Shown: positions 1 through 9,955, numbered from the stretch's first letter. The stretch: 64,000 bases of DNA from an uncultured Cytophagales bacterium (GCA_963761725.1 CAVXHP010000006.1:381534-445533); one strand, 5' to 3'. Made by a program: numbers and translations. Notes: generated from the letters alone by a model not told the origin.

Positions 1-162
1 GTAAAACCAATTTTAAGTTCTTTTAAAGCCTTGAAAGATTGGAAAAGTAAGAGACAAGAATAAATTTTTACTCCTGTAACTCTTGTTACAAACTTCTAAA
101 ATAGAAAGGAGTAATTTTGTAGCATTCAATCTAGTTTCATAAAAATTTAAAAAGATACCACT

Positions 163-489
163 ATGTTAGATGCTCTCAAAAACGTATTCAAAAACTTATT
201 TAGCTCAAAACCACCAACAGACTACAAAACTCTTTTAAAAGAAGGAGCAATTATTATTGATGTTCGCTCAAAAGGCGAATATGCAAGTGGACACATTCAA
301 AAATCAAAAAATATTCCTTTAGATACTTTAGGGAATCAACTAACACAATTTAAAGATAAAGATCAAGTTATTATTACTTGTTGTGCTTCTGGAATGCGTA
401 GTGGAAGTGCTAAAAGCCTGTTACAGTCAAAAGGTTATACTAATGTTTATAATGGTGGTGGCTGGTCTAGCTTGAATAATAAGATTTAG
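163..489 (+). CDS. single-domain rhodanese-like sulfurtransferase
   Basis: 108-aa ORF with a rhodanese fold signature: IIDVRSKGEYASGHI, then the active-site loop CCASGMRSG with catalytic Cys. Confidence 0.8.
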   Translation: MLDALKNVFKNLFSSKPPTDYKTLLKEGAIIIDVRSKGEYASGHIQKSKNIPLDTLGNQLTQFKDKDQVIITCCASGMRSGSAKSLLQSKGYTNVYNGGGWSSLNNKI

Positions 490-550
490 CACAAAATATT
501 AAAAAAACAAAAATGGTATTTGAATTCTGAATTCAAATACCATTTTTTAA

Positions 551-1501
551 TTACTTCTCTTTTATCAAAATCTCTCCACTATCCGTAACTTCAATTATTC
601 CCTCTGGAATATCTGTCTTGTTTAGGTTTTGAATAATTGGAATTACTCTTTTCTGTTCATCAATCTTTACTCCTCCTCTTCCCAGTTGTATGATTGGCGT
701 AATCTGACCAGAAATAAACTTGCCTTCAGTATCAACTTTTATATTTACAATCGGTGCAAGTCCACTCACTCCACTCAAACTAAAACGGTCATAGGTACAA
801 AAATTACCCAAACTATAGGCAATGAATCTATCTTTATAGACTTCCATTGCACGAGTAACATGAGGTCCGTGTCCGAAAATAATGTCAGCACCCGCATCAA
901 TCATAGCGTGGGAAAAAGCATACACATTTCCTCTATTTTCTCCGTAAAAAGTCTCTGTCTTGCGTGTAATATGTTGCTTGCTTCTTCCTTCTGCTCCACC
1001 ATGAAAAGAAACAAGTACTACATCACAGGAATCATTTAATTTTCTGACAATTGCTTCGGCAGCCTTTATATCTCTAATATCCATTGTGCCAGAATTAGGT
1101 GCAAAGGCTGCAAAACCATATTTTACACCTTCTTTCTCAAAAATTGTATAAGGAGCAGTAGTAAGACCAGCAAACTCAATTCCTATACTTTTTAAGAATT
1201 TTTTGCTATTCTCTCTTCCTTCATTTCCAAAATCTCCCATATGATTATTGGCAATACTTACCACATCAAATCCTCCTTGCTTCAAAACATCTTCTACCAA
1301 TTTTTCAGGCATTCTAAAGGCATAACAAACAGAAGGGTCTGAACATTTTTTTACCTGTCCTCCTTTATCCAAAACCACACCTTCCAAATTACCAAAAGTA
1401 ATATCTGCACTCTTCAAAATTGAATCTACTTCTGAAATCAAATCCTTTCCATTATTAGGTGGCAAATGTGCAGCCGAAGGAAAGTTTGTTCCAAACATCA
1501 T
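551..1501 (-). CDS. CapA/PgsA-family protein (poly-gamma-glutamate synthesis / metallophosphatase-like)
   Basis: 316-aa ORF with CapA-like motifs (FGNLEGV..., SIANNHMGDFG, HGGAEG). No N-terminal signal peptide in this frame. Confidence 0.7.
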   Translation of the reverse strand: MMFGTNFPSAAHLPPNNGKDLISEVDSILKSADITFGNLEGVVLDKGGQVKKCSDPSVCYAFRMPEKLVEDVLKQGGFDVVSIANNHMGDFGNEGRENSKKFLKSIGIEFAGLTTAPYTIFEKEGVKYGFAAFAPNSGTMDIRDIKAAEAIVRKLNDSCDVVLVSFHGGAEGRSKQHITRKTETFYGENRGNVYAFSHAMIDAGADIIFGHGPHVTRAMEVYKDRFIAYSLGNFCTYDRFSLSGVSGLAPIVNIKVDTEGKFISGQITPIIQLGRGGVKIDEQKRVIPIIQNLNKTDIPEGIIEVTDSGEILIKEK

Positions 1502-1571
1502 ATCGCCTACTCCAATAATTTGAAGGTTTGTTTTCTTGTAGAATTATCTCAAGACAGATGAAAATGTAGTA

Positions 1572-1748
1572 TCATTTAATTTTAGTATTAGAGAATCTGC
1601 TAAATTTTGCTTTTAAGTCAGTAATTAAGGCTAAAGAATCAGTTGTCAGATTTTGTGTTGCTTTATAATCTGTCTGACTACAACTAAAGTGAGAAATACT
1701 AAAAGCAGGAAGAAAAACAAGAATAAAAAGTATTTTTTTGATTCGCAT
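1572..1748 (-). CDS. small ORF with lipoprotein-type signal peptide (possibly the detached N-terminus of capA)
   Basis: Hand-translated: MRIKKILFILVFLPAFSISHFSCSQTDYK... (58 aa). Hydrophobic leader plus Cys, immediately upstream of capA, which lacks a signal peptide. Confidence 0.25.
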   Translation of the reverse strand: MRIKKILFILVFLPAFSISHFSCSQTDYKATQNLTTDSLALITDLKAKFSRFSNTKIK

Positions 1749-2004
1749 AAGAAATAGGGAAATGTATAACTAGTTGTAATTAAATACAAAAAAAATAATT
1801 GATTTTGAAAAAACAATAAATGTTAATAAAAAGTTAATAAGAATTTAATTTGGTTATAAATTGCAAAAACGAATAAAATTTCGTATATTGTTTTTGTTAG
1901 TAATTTAACTAACAAGAAGTGAAAGTTTATTTTTGTAATACAGATTCTTAATTTACAATTATTTTCACTCATTTGTGCTTCAATTTTTCTAAAACACTAA
2001 TTCA

Positions 2005-2181
2005 ATGATTTTTATTGCCACAGAAGACCAGAAAGGAAAAATAACTGCATTTTTCGCAAAAAACAAAAAACAACTTAAAGAAAAAGGATTCAAATGGATT
2101 CGCAAGTTTGATGACGAACATCGTGCTATTCTTTGGGTAAACGAGAGTTACTTATTAAACAAAAAAGAATATTTGTATTAA
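2005..2181 (+). CDS. hypothetical small protein (58 aa)
   Basis: Hand-translated ORF MIFIATEDQKGKITAFFAKNKKQLKEKGFKWIRKFDDEHRAILWVNESYLLNKKEYLY. No recognisable family. Confidence 0.2.
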   Translation: MIFIATEDQKGKITAFFAKNKKQLKEKGFKWIRKFDDEHRAILWVNESYLLNKKEYLY

Positions 2182-2347
2182 CGATTAGTTATTAATTGTA
2201 AGTGATAAGTGAATTACACTGGTCAAGAATTGGTTCTAAAAAAGGCAGCTTGATAAATCAAGTTGTTACGTAATTTAAGCGTAGAAATTTGATTTATCAA
2301 ATTGACTGCGTCGTCTTTCAGTTCTAAAACTAATCACTAACCATTTA

Positions 2348-4447
2348 TCACTCATCACTATTTAGAAGGTCTTTTGCGATTATTTCCAGATACTCATGAT
2401 ACGGACTTAGTTTGGGAAGTGCATTCTTTATTTTCAGATACAATTGCTCTGCGTAGAGCTTGTCATTTTTTTCCATTGCTTGTGATAATTCTGTCAAATA
2501 TTTATCCATTATAGGCGATATTTCGGTTACGTTTCCTAAGAGACGAGCCAAAATTTCGCTAATTGTCCAAGCCCAAGGCATTCCTTCCAGTAGAAGAGGA
2601 TGAGTAATAATTCGCTCATCTTCCCATTCTAAAGCAAGAATATTATTTGAAGCCATAGACTGAATCATAAAAGGACTTTGCGTTCCTATTATAAATTGTG
2701 TATTTGGAAATATTTCTGAGAGACGAGGAATAAGAGTACGCTGCAAATTAGGACTTAAATGTACATCAATCTCATCAATCAACACAATCGCCTGTATGCT
2801 TTCTGGATGTTCCAAATCAAAGGGATGTTGAATGGCTCGTACACACAAATCCAATATCCAACTAAAAACAGTCTGAAAACCATCAGACATAACTGAAAGA
2901 AGAGCTTCTCCAGTAGAGGTCTGAAAGACAAAATCTCCATCTTTATTCAAACCCAAAAGTCCTTTTTCTAATTTTTCATCGTGTTTGTTTTCTGTGATTT
3001 CTTTGGAGGGTGCAAGCAGTCTATTAACTATTTTTCGGATAGTTTCTATATTATTTTCAATATAAGAATACGTGCTATGGTCATCTTCACTCTTCAAAAA
3101 ACCATTTTCTCCAAATAGAGATGCAATGGGAGCAAAAGTACGATGCTGAAAATCATAGTTTTTGAGTCCCTTTTTTCCTGTACTATAGCCTAAAATTAAT
3201 AAGTTTTCACGTATTATCTCAAAATAACGTTTATGACTTCCTGTATGCATGACACCATTTCTGTCAATCTTGAACTTTATATTTACTTCTTCTCCAAATC
3301 CTTGCAAACGTAGCACAAGGTGTCCTGCATCTTTATTTCCGTGTATAACATTTTCCCAGCCATAATTAATTGGAGGTTTGGGAATATTAGAAAGACCCAT
3401 AGCAATGAGTTGAAGAATGGTTGATTTGCCTGTTCCATTTGTTCCAACGATAAGCGTAACATTTTCTTTTGTATGGATATGAGGTAAATCAATGGATAGT
3501 TTGTCAAAACACCTGATGTTTTTGATAAACATGGATTCTAAAATAAGCGTATTATCTTCACTTACTTTGTGTTCTTCTGGAAAATCAATAGTTAGGAAAG
3601 GCGTAATAGTCTCAATAAAATGAACTTGAACTTGTTCTAAGACACGCATCACTTCAAAGTCTTCACAATCATCTACAAAAAAATACTCAAAATTAAACAC
3701 CATATTTTTTCCCAACATAGAATGTGGTGTTCGCTGTGCAGCCATTGCATTCAATTCTGTCAATGCAGTTTCAAAATACTTTTGTAATAATGGAAATGGA
3801 GTTGGATAAAGAACAGTCTCTTCTAAAAGTTGAGTAGCAGATTCATATAACTTTTGGGTAATCTGACGAATAATTCGATGACGTGCTACTGCCGACGAAC
3901 CCATATTTATTTTATAAGCTGTAATAGTAGAAGCTGCACGCAAATTTCTTTTTATAGGTTGAAAATTACCATCTCTATCAATAGCAAGATATTTTTCTGG
4001 AACATCCAATTCAGGATTAATAATAAGAGGTTCTTCTGCCAAATGAATATCTGAATCAGCACGCCAAAGCATTCTATTTTCTGGAGGAGACTTTACTCGT
4101 TTATGCTTGTTCATTATTGGAAACTGACTATCTTCATAAAGTTTGCATTCTTCACAAACAGGTAAAAGGTTTGTCCATTCATAGATAAGCCAATAATACA
4201 GTTCTGGCGACCTATAATGGGTCAGAAAGGCAGTCGATTCCTCAATAGAAATTCCTGCTTCACAAAAAGCACATTTATTATAATGGATTTCGAGAAGTTT
4301 GCCCAATACATCTTGGTGCATCAAAATATCCAAACGAGGATAACCCACAAACTTTCCTATCTCCAGAAGTGTCTGAATAATTTCTTCAGTTTCTGGAGAT
4401 TGTAAAATAGCTGGAATATCATTCGGATTTTTTCGTACTGAAATCAT
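2348..4447 (-). CDS. fusion protein: N-terminal HNH-like Cys-rich (zinc-finger nuclease-like) domain plus C-terminal AAA_21/ABC-type P-loop ATPase; candidate defence protein
   Basis: 699-aa ORF. N-terminal region has H-x3-CxxC (HYNKCAFCE) and N-x5-CxxC (NLLPVCEECK), as in HNH nucleases. Walker A is GTNGTGKST, Walker B is VLIDEIDVHLSP, and IIGTQSP is an H-loop like the TTHSP motif of AAA_21 ATPases. Confidence 0.6.
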   Translation of the reverse strand: MISVRKNPNDIPAILQSPETEEIIQTLLEIGKFVGYPRLDILMHQDVLGKLLEIHYNKCAFCEAGISIEESTAFLTHYRSPELYYWLIYEWTNLLPVCEECKLYEDSQFPIMNKHKRVKSPPENRMLWRADSDIHLAEEPLIINPELDVPEKYLAIDRDGNFQPIKRNLRAASTITAYKINMGSSAVARHRIIRQITQKLYESATQLLEETVLYPTPFPLLQKYFETALTELNAMAAQRTPHSMLGKNMVFNFEYFFVDDCEDFEVMRVLEQVQVHFIETITPFLTIDFPEEHKVSEDNTLILESMFIKNIRCFDKLSIDLPHIHTKENVTLIVGTNGTGKSTILQLIAMGLSNIPKPPINYGWENVIHGNKDAGHLVLRLQGFGEEVNIKFKIDRNGVMHTGSHKRYFEIIRENLLILGYSTGKKGLKNYDFQHRTFAPIASLFGENGFLKSEDDHSTYSYIENNIETIRKIVNRLLAPSKEITENKHDEKLEKGLLGLNKDGDFVFQTSTGEALLSVMSDGFQTVFSWILDLCVRAIQHPFDLEHPESIQAIVLIDEIDVHLSPNLQRTLIPRLSEIFPNTQFIIGTQSPFMIQSMASNNILALEWEDERIITHPLLLEGMPWAWTISEILARLLGNVTEISPIMDKYLTELSQAMEKNDKLYAEQLYLKIKNALPKLSPYHEYLEIIAKDLLNSDE

Positions 4448-4455
4448 AGATTCTA

Positions 4456-4497
4456 TGGTCTCTCAAACCCTTGGGGTTTTTGAAAACCCTAAGGGTT
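4456..4497 (-). terminator. hairpin downstream of gldC (putative intrinsic terminator)
   Basis: Imperfect inverted repeat aaacccttggggttttt / aaaaccctaagggttt between the gldC stop and the start of the next gene. Confidence 0.35.
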
Positions 4498-4504
4498 TAA
4501 AAGA

Positions 4505-4847
4505 TTACTGTTCTGTATTCTGCTGACTTTCCTTCAAATAAAGAGCTAATTTTTCGCAAAGCTGATGAATTTCTTGTGCCATATATTCATCATTGGTAGC
4601 TCGCATAAGTGTATCAGCCATTCCACCCAAAATATTTATACTAAACCCTTTCATTTCCTCAACAGGCATGTCTTTTGTCCAAAGGTCTAAACGCAAGACA
4701 GTTTTTTTCATGGCCGTCCCAAATTGCTAAGGCAATTGCTTTTGCTTCTTCAAGTTGATTTCCTGTATCAGATGCTTTCCAAAATATTTTTTCTGGAAGG
4801 TCTTTGTCATCTAATTCTATACTAAAACGGATTTCAGATTGTTTCAT
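4505..4847 (-). pseudogene. gldC: gliding motility protein GldC, split by a +1 frameshift in an A7/T7 run (possible sequencing error)
   Basis: ORFs 4659..4847 and 4505..4711 together match GldC (MKQSEIRFSIELDDKDLPEKIFW...AIWDGHEK // RLDLWTKDMPVEEMK...MRATNDEYMA). The frames join at the gaaaaaaac homopolymer near 4694-4702. Confidence 0.75.
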
Positions 4848-4966
4848 TTTTTTGATTTATAATTTCTGTATCGTAATTTTCTTTAATTAAAAGAGGAACA
4901 CAAATTTACGAAAAAAAACCACCTTATTCTATACTTGAAAATTGAATAAGGTACTATTCATTCAAC

Positions 4967-5200
4967 ATGAGTGTCATTGGTAAAAATCAAAAAATCCGTC
5001 TATTAGCTACAGAGTAGCTTTACCTTGGTAGAACAAGAATAGAAATTGATTTAAAAAGCTACAGCGTAGCGTAACTTTATTTTTAATTGCCAATTGTAAA
5101 GTTTCGCTACGCTGTAGCTCTATTAAAATAGTGTTTTTGATGTTCTACCAAGGTTACGTTGCTCTGCAACTAAAAGTCAATACCTAACAATGACACTCAT
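4967..5200. repeat. MITE-like palindromic repeat, family A, copy 1
   Basis: ~234-bp element with terminal inverted repeats (atgagtgtcattgg ... caatgacactcat) and an internal long palindrome (agctacagcgtagcgtaacttt...aaagtttcgctacgctgtagct). Near-identical copies at 18990..19233 (inverted) and 37002..37234. Confidence 0.8.
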
Positions 5201-5239
5201 ATTGATTCATTGGTTCTATATGACTTTAGTTGCAAACTA

Positions 5240-5345
5240 AATCTTGTATTTTGTTCAAGTCTGTACCGAAGGTCTAATTTGAACAAAATAAGCCTTTTTG
5301 AGCTTTAAATACACATTTCAAACTGATCAGACCTTGCGGTGCAGA
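5240..5345. repeat. hairpin repeat, family B, copy 1
   Basis: ~105-bp element with inverted arms gtctgtaccgaaggtct / cagaccttgcggtgcagac and ttgttcaag/cttgaacaa. Second copy in reverse at 57640..57760. Confidence 0.7.
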
Positions 5346-5457
5346 CCAATTTAAAATAGAGTATAGATACAATTAATTTTGCTTTGCTACTTACTCAATT
5401 AGTTAGGTATTTGTATTCATTTACCATTGATAATTTACCATTCATCATTCATCATTC

Positions 5458-7829
5458 CTATCTTCTGCTACCCGAATAGCTCATTGCTTCTCCTTTTCCA
5501 AAGGCGTAACTTACTCCAAAGGTTACAAAACGTCCACGCATTCCAAAATTATAGTTTTCGAAGGTAGGCTGATTTACAAAACTTTCTTGTATTCTTGATG
5601 CAAAAACATCTCTAATTCCTAAATTACCAACTACTTTTCCTTTAAGAAACTTCTTACGAATACCCAAATCCATAAAAGCAAAACCACTTTGTTTTCCTTG
5701 TACTGTTTCGAAGCTAGAACGGTAATTTCCAGCTATTTCAAAATCAATATCAGCAGGTAATTTTATTTTCGTGTCCAGACGAACAGACCATTGCGTTCCT
5801 GTAAAATCAAATTCTCGGCTTTCAAAAACTCCTCTTCGGTCAAAATACGTGTAATTAAAGTTACCATTAAAAGTAAGCCATTTAATAGGATTGTATTTTC
5901 CATTCGTTTCAAATCCAATAAGCGAATTTGTTCCAATATTTTGAGGTGTAGTAAAGGTAACATTATCTACAAAAGTAGAAACTCGTTCTACTACATCGGT
6001 CGTATATCTATGGTAAACACTAGAACTCATTGAAGCTTCTCCAAGTTCGTAGATACTTGTCAGTTCATAAGAGTCTGTAAATTCGGGTTGAAGGTCTGGG
6101 TTACCTGTACGAATATTAAAATTATTTCTGATATTAAAGAAAGGATTCAAATCCCACAATCTGGGTCTAAAAATACGTCTGGAGTATCCCGCTTGAAGTG
6201 CAAAATTTTCTGATGCTGTAAAGGAAGTATGTAAAGAAGGAAAAAGATTAGTAAAGTTTTGAGAATTAGATTCGTTTGTAGTTGTCAATTCTGTTTGAAG
6301 GTCTGTATTTTCTACACGCAAACCAGCTTTGATACCCCATATTTCAGTTTCAAAAGCTCCTGTTGCATACACTCCCAATACCTTCTGATTCCATTCAAAA
6401 TTATTGGTAAAATCCAAATTGCTTACATATTCTTATTTACAAAATCTTGTACTTCAAAATCATTTCCTACTCATTAATAACATACAATGCACCTGTTTCA
6501 AAAGTATATTTTTCTGTTATTGGATTGACATAATCTGCCTTAAAAGTATAATCTGTTTGGTCAAAAGTAGTAGCTGTAAGCTGATTACTATCTACATTTT
6601 CGCCTTCTAGTGTTCTATCAATAAAGACAGAAGAAAGGTCTTTTGCAAACGAACTTCCCAATGCACTTACTTGAAAAGTATGGTCTTCATTATTTTTGAA
6701 AGTTTTTGTCCAATTGAGTTCGTATTGCCATTTTGGGTTGGTAGCTTCTGTATCTTCATTACGCACCCACCTGGGAAATAGTATTATCATCTTCTAAAAA
6801 ACTAAAATTTGTTTCAGAAGGTTGGTCTTCTATTTCGTAGGCAAAGTTTCCTGAAAGTGTAAAGACATTGTACTCGTTTAGATGATAATCTGTACCTAAT
6901 CTGATATTGAAAAAGGTTTCGTTTCTAAACTCTTCTCCATCACTCAAAATAGTTTGTCCACTAATTAAATTTCGGTTGATGGCTTCTGTTTGTCTAGGTC
7001 TTGAGCGATGACCAATACCAAATTGAGTAAATAAATTAAACTTTTCAGTACGACGATTTATACTTCCTCCAAGACTATGATTAGCAGGAATACCTGTATT
7101 TGCAGAAATAGAACCATTCCAACCTTCCTTTGACTCCTTTTTAAGAACAATATTCAAAATTCCTGAGGTACCAGAAGCCTCATATTTTGCCGAAGGATTT
7201 GTAATTACTTCAATACTTTCAATCATATCTGCGGTAATAGTACCCAGTCCAGTACCACCATCTGTCAAGATAGAGGGTTTGCCATTGATAAGGATTTGTA
7301 CGCCAGCACTTCCACGCAAACTAATTTCTCCATCAATATTTACATTTACGGAAGGTACATTATTTAAAACTTCTAATGCACTAGCTCCCGTAGTGCTTAA
7401 GTCTTTTCCGACATTAAAAACACGTTTATCTAATTGAAAAGTGGTCTTGGAGACTTCTCCTTCTACTACTATTTGATCAAGCAGTTTCATATCTGGAGCA
7501 AGGGAAACAGTTCCCAAATTTACTTCATCACCTGAAATAGTAAATGCTGTTAGTGTCTTGGATTGATAACCCATAAAACTAATTTTTACATAAAAATTAG
7601 TTTGAGTAGTAGAGACAGAAAATGTTCCATCTTCGGCTGATATAACTCCTGTGATGAGTTCTTCTGTTCCTGTTTTGTAAAGTGCAACGGTAGCATAAGG
7701 AACAGGTTGAGCGGTTTCTTCTTCAACTAAATTGCCAAAGACTTCTATTTCTTGTTCTTGAGCAGTAGCAAAATTACTTCCTATAAAAAATAAGAATAAA
7801 CAAACTACGTGTAGTAAATAATTTTTCAT
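5458..7829 (-). pseudogene. TonB-dependent outer membrane receptor (CarboxypepD_reg-like N-domain plus plug plus barrel), split into three ORFs by two frameshifts
   Basis: ORF 6759..7829 carries a signal peptide, a carboxypeptidase-regulatory-like domain and plug motifs (ISLRGS...). ORFs 6467..6790 and 5458..6417 continue the beta-barrel. Frame changes at ~6760-6790 and ~6417-6467. Confidence 0.7.
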
Positions 7830-8148
7830 ATTTTTTTTTGATTTGTTGTTTTTTTCTAAACTTTGTGCTTCAAGAGTTGTTCTGATTTTCGTTTTTTTTA
7901 TGACTATGTCTTTCTATATAAACATTAGACACAAAGGAAAAGGAAAAGTTTAATGGACATTTTGCAAAAAACCTTAAAATATATAGTATATCAATTTTGA
8001 ACACAATAGGATTAAATAAAACTTTTCTTTGGAAATGCTGTTTTTGATATTTCAACCTTCAAAATAAAGAAAGGTAATCATCAGTAATGAGTTTTTTGAA
8101 AGAAAACTAACAACTCATACTATTTTTTCAACTATATAATTACACAAA

Positions 8149-9032
8149 ATGGCATCAGGATTTTTTGCTCTCTTCAACGATATTGCAGTACTTATGGACG
8201 ATGTGGCTGTAATGAGTAAACTTGCCACCAAAAAAACGGCAGGACTTTTAGCAGATGATTTGGCAGTAAATGCCGAGAAAGCATCGGGATTTGTTTCGAC
8301 TAGAGAACTTCCTATTTTATGGAGAATAACAAAAGGTTCTTTGCTCAATAAATTAATTATTTTGCCTGTTTTATTTCTTTTGAGTGCTTACTTTCCCGTT
8401 GCCATTGTCCCAATTTTACTGGTAGGAGGAGTTTATTTAGCGTATGAAGGTGCTGCAAAAATATATGAAACTCTTTTTGATAAGAAAGACAAAACTAAAG
8501 CAGGTATAGATAGCAAGAAAATGAGTGCAGCCGAGATAAAAGAGTATGAAGATGAAAAAATAAAATCAGCTATTATTGTAGATTTTATTCTGTCCGTAGA
8601 AATTGTAATTATCACTTTGAGTACCGTCATGAATAGTGATATTACTACACAAATTATAGTAGTAACCATAGTGGCTTTATAGCGACTGTATTTGTTTATG
8701 GACTTGTGGCTTTGCTTGTCAGAATGGACGATTTGGGATATAATCTGATAGCCAGAAACGACGAAGAGGATAGCACTTCGGATAAAATTGGACAGGCTTT
8801 AGTAAATACATTACCTTATTTAGTTAGAGGTTTAGGGATTTTGGGAACGGTAGCCATGATTTTGGTGGCAGGAGGAATATTTGTTCATAACATTGAATAT
8901 GTACATCATCTTGTAGAAGATTTCCCTGTTCCTACTATTCTTATTGAGTTTGTTGTCGGACTGATTGTTGGATTTTTGGCTTTGCCTATTGTAAAAGGAA
9001 TTATGAAGATTGTAGGCAAAAAAAACGAATAA
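8149..9032 (+). pseudogene. DUF808 (YedI-like) inner-membrane protein, split by a frameshift at a T-run near 8680
   Basis: ORFs 8149..8682 and 8706..9032 together resemble the ~290-aa DUF808 family (MASGFFALFNDIAVLMDDVAVMSK...). The frames merge at gtggctttatagcg (likely ttt vs tttt). Confidence 0.6.
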
Positions 9033-9821
9033 ATGGCACAAGATTATGACAAGATATTCAAAGAAAATATAGAGGAAATTATTCTTCCATTAGCTAAAAA
9101 ATTACTGAATATCGACCCAGAAGGACTTGAAGAAATCAAAGATGATTTACAATATACGATTGAACGTAAACCAGATTTTTTGAAAAAGGTAATTCATAAA
9201 GATTCTACAAAAGACTATATTCTGCATATTGAATTTCAAGTAAAAGACGAACCAGAAATGATTTATCGAATGCTTGAATATTATGCACTTTTACTTAGAG
9301 ACCATAAAATAAAACTAAAACAATACGTATTCTATATTGGAGAGGGAAAATCTAAAATGCCTATTTCGATAAAGCATGAAAAACTAGATTTCTCTTTTGA
9401 GGTAATTAGTATGCAATTAATAGATTATCACAAATTCTTGGATTCCTCAAAACCAGAAGAAGTCATTTTAGCAATATTAGCTGACTTTGGCAAAGAGGAA
9501 ACTCAAACTGCCATTACAACGATTGTAAAAAAGATAATGCAAATTACAGAACCAAACCTACAACAATCAAAATACGTTAGACAATTAGAAATACTATCTA
9601 GATTACGAGAACTACAAGAACAAATTATAAAATCTTTAGAAATTATGGCACTAACTTATGATATCAGAGGCGATATTCGCTTCAAGCAAGGCAAACAAGA
9701 AACACTGGTTGAAAATATAAAAGGTTTGATTTCTATTGAACTTTCTTTTGAGAAAATCGCAAAGGCATTGAATGTTTCGATAGATTTTATTGAAGAAGTT
9801 GCTAAATCTATGAAAAAGTAA
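9033..9821 (+). CDS. Rpn/YhgA-like PD-(D/E)XK nuclease family protein (putative transposase_31 family)
   Basis: 262-aa ORF with the characteristic LHIEFQ motif followed by MIYRMLEYYALLL, typical of the Rpn recombination-promoting nuclease / YhgA family. Confidence 0.6.
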   Translation: MAQDYDKIFKENIEEIILPLAKKLLNIDPEGLEEIKDDLQYTIERKPDFLKKVIHKDSTKDYILHIEFQVKDEPEMIYRMLEYYALLLRDHKIKLKQYVFYIGEGKSKMPISIKHEKLDFSFEVISMQLIDYHKFLDSSKPEEVILAILADFGKEETQTAITTIVKKIMQITEPNLQQSKYVRQLEILSRLRELQEQIIKSLEIMALTYDIRGDIRFKQGKQETLVENIKGLISIELSFEKIAKALNVSIDFIEEVAKSMKK

Positions 9822-9955
9822 ATAGAGTTTATTATATATCAATTTTCCTCTAATTCAATTTCTAATTTCTAAATCTAAATAAATTAGGCTACTTTCGTTA
9901 CTTAATTGTTTTGGTAAAAAAATATAAGAAATTCGTTTAAAAATTTAATTGAATT

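Noticed and set aside
629-1039. 136-aa plus-strand ORF inside capA
   Set aside because: Antisense to a well-supported CapA-family CDS. Low-complexity translation (SSSSQLYDW...) with no family features.
8115-8669. Minus-strand ORFs 8115..8348 and 8433..8669
   Set aside because: Antisense to the DUF808 membrane protein gene. Hydrophobic antisense translations are typical artefacts.
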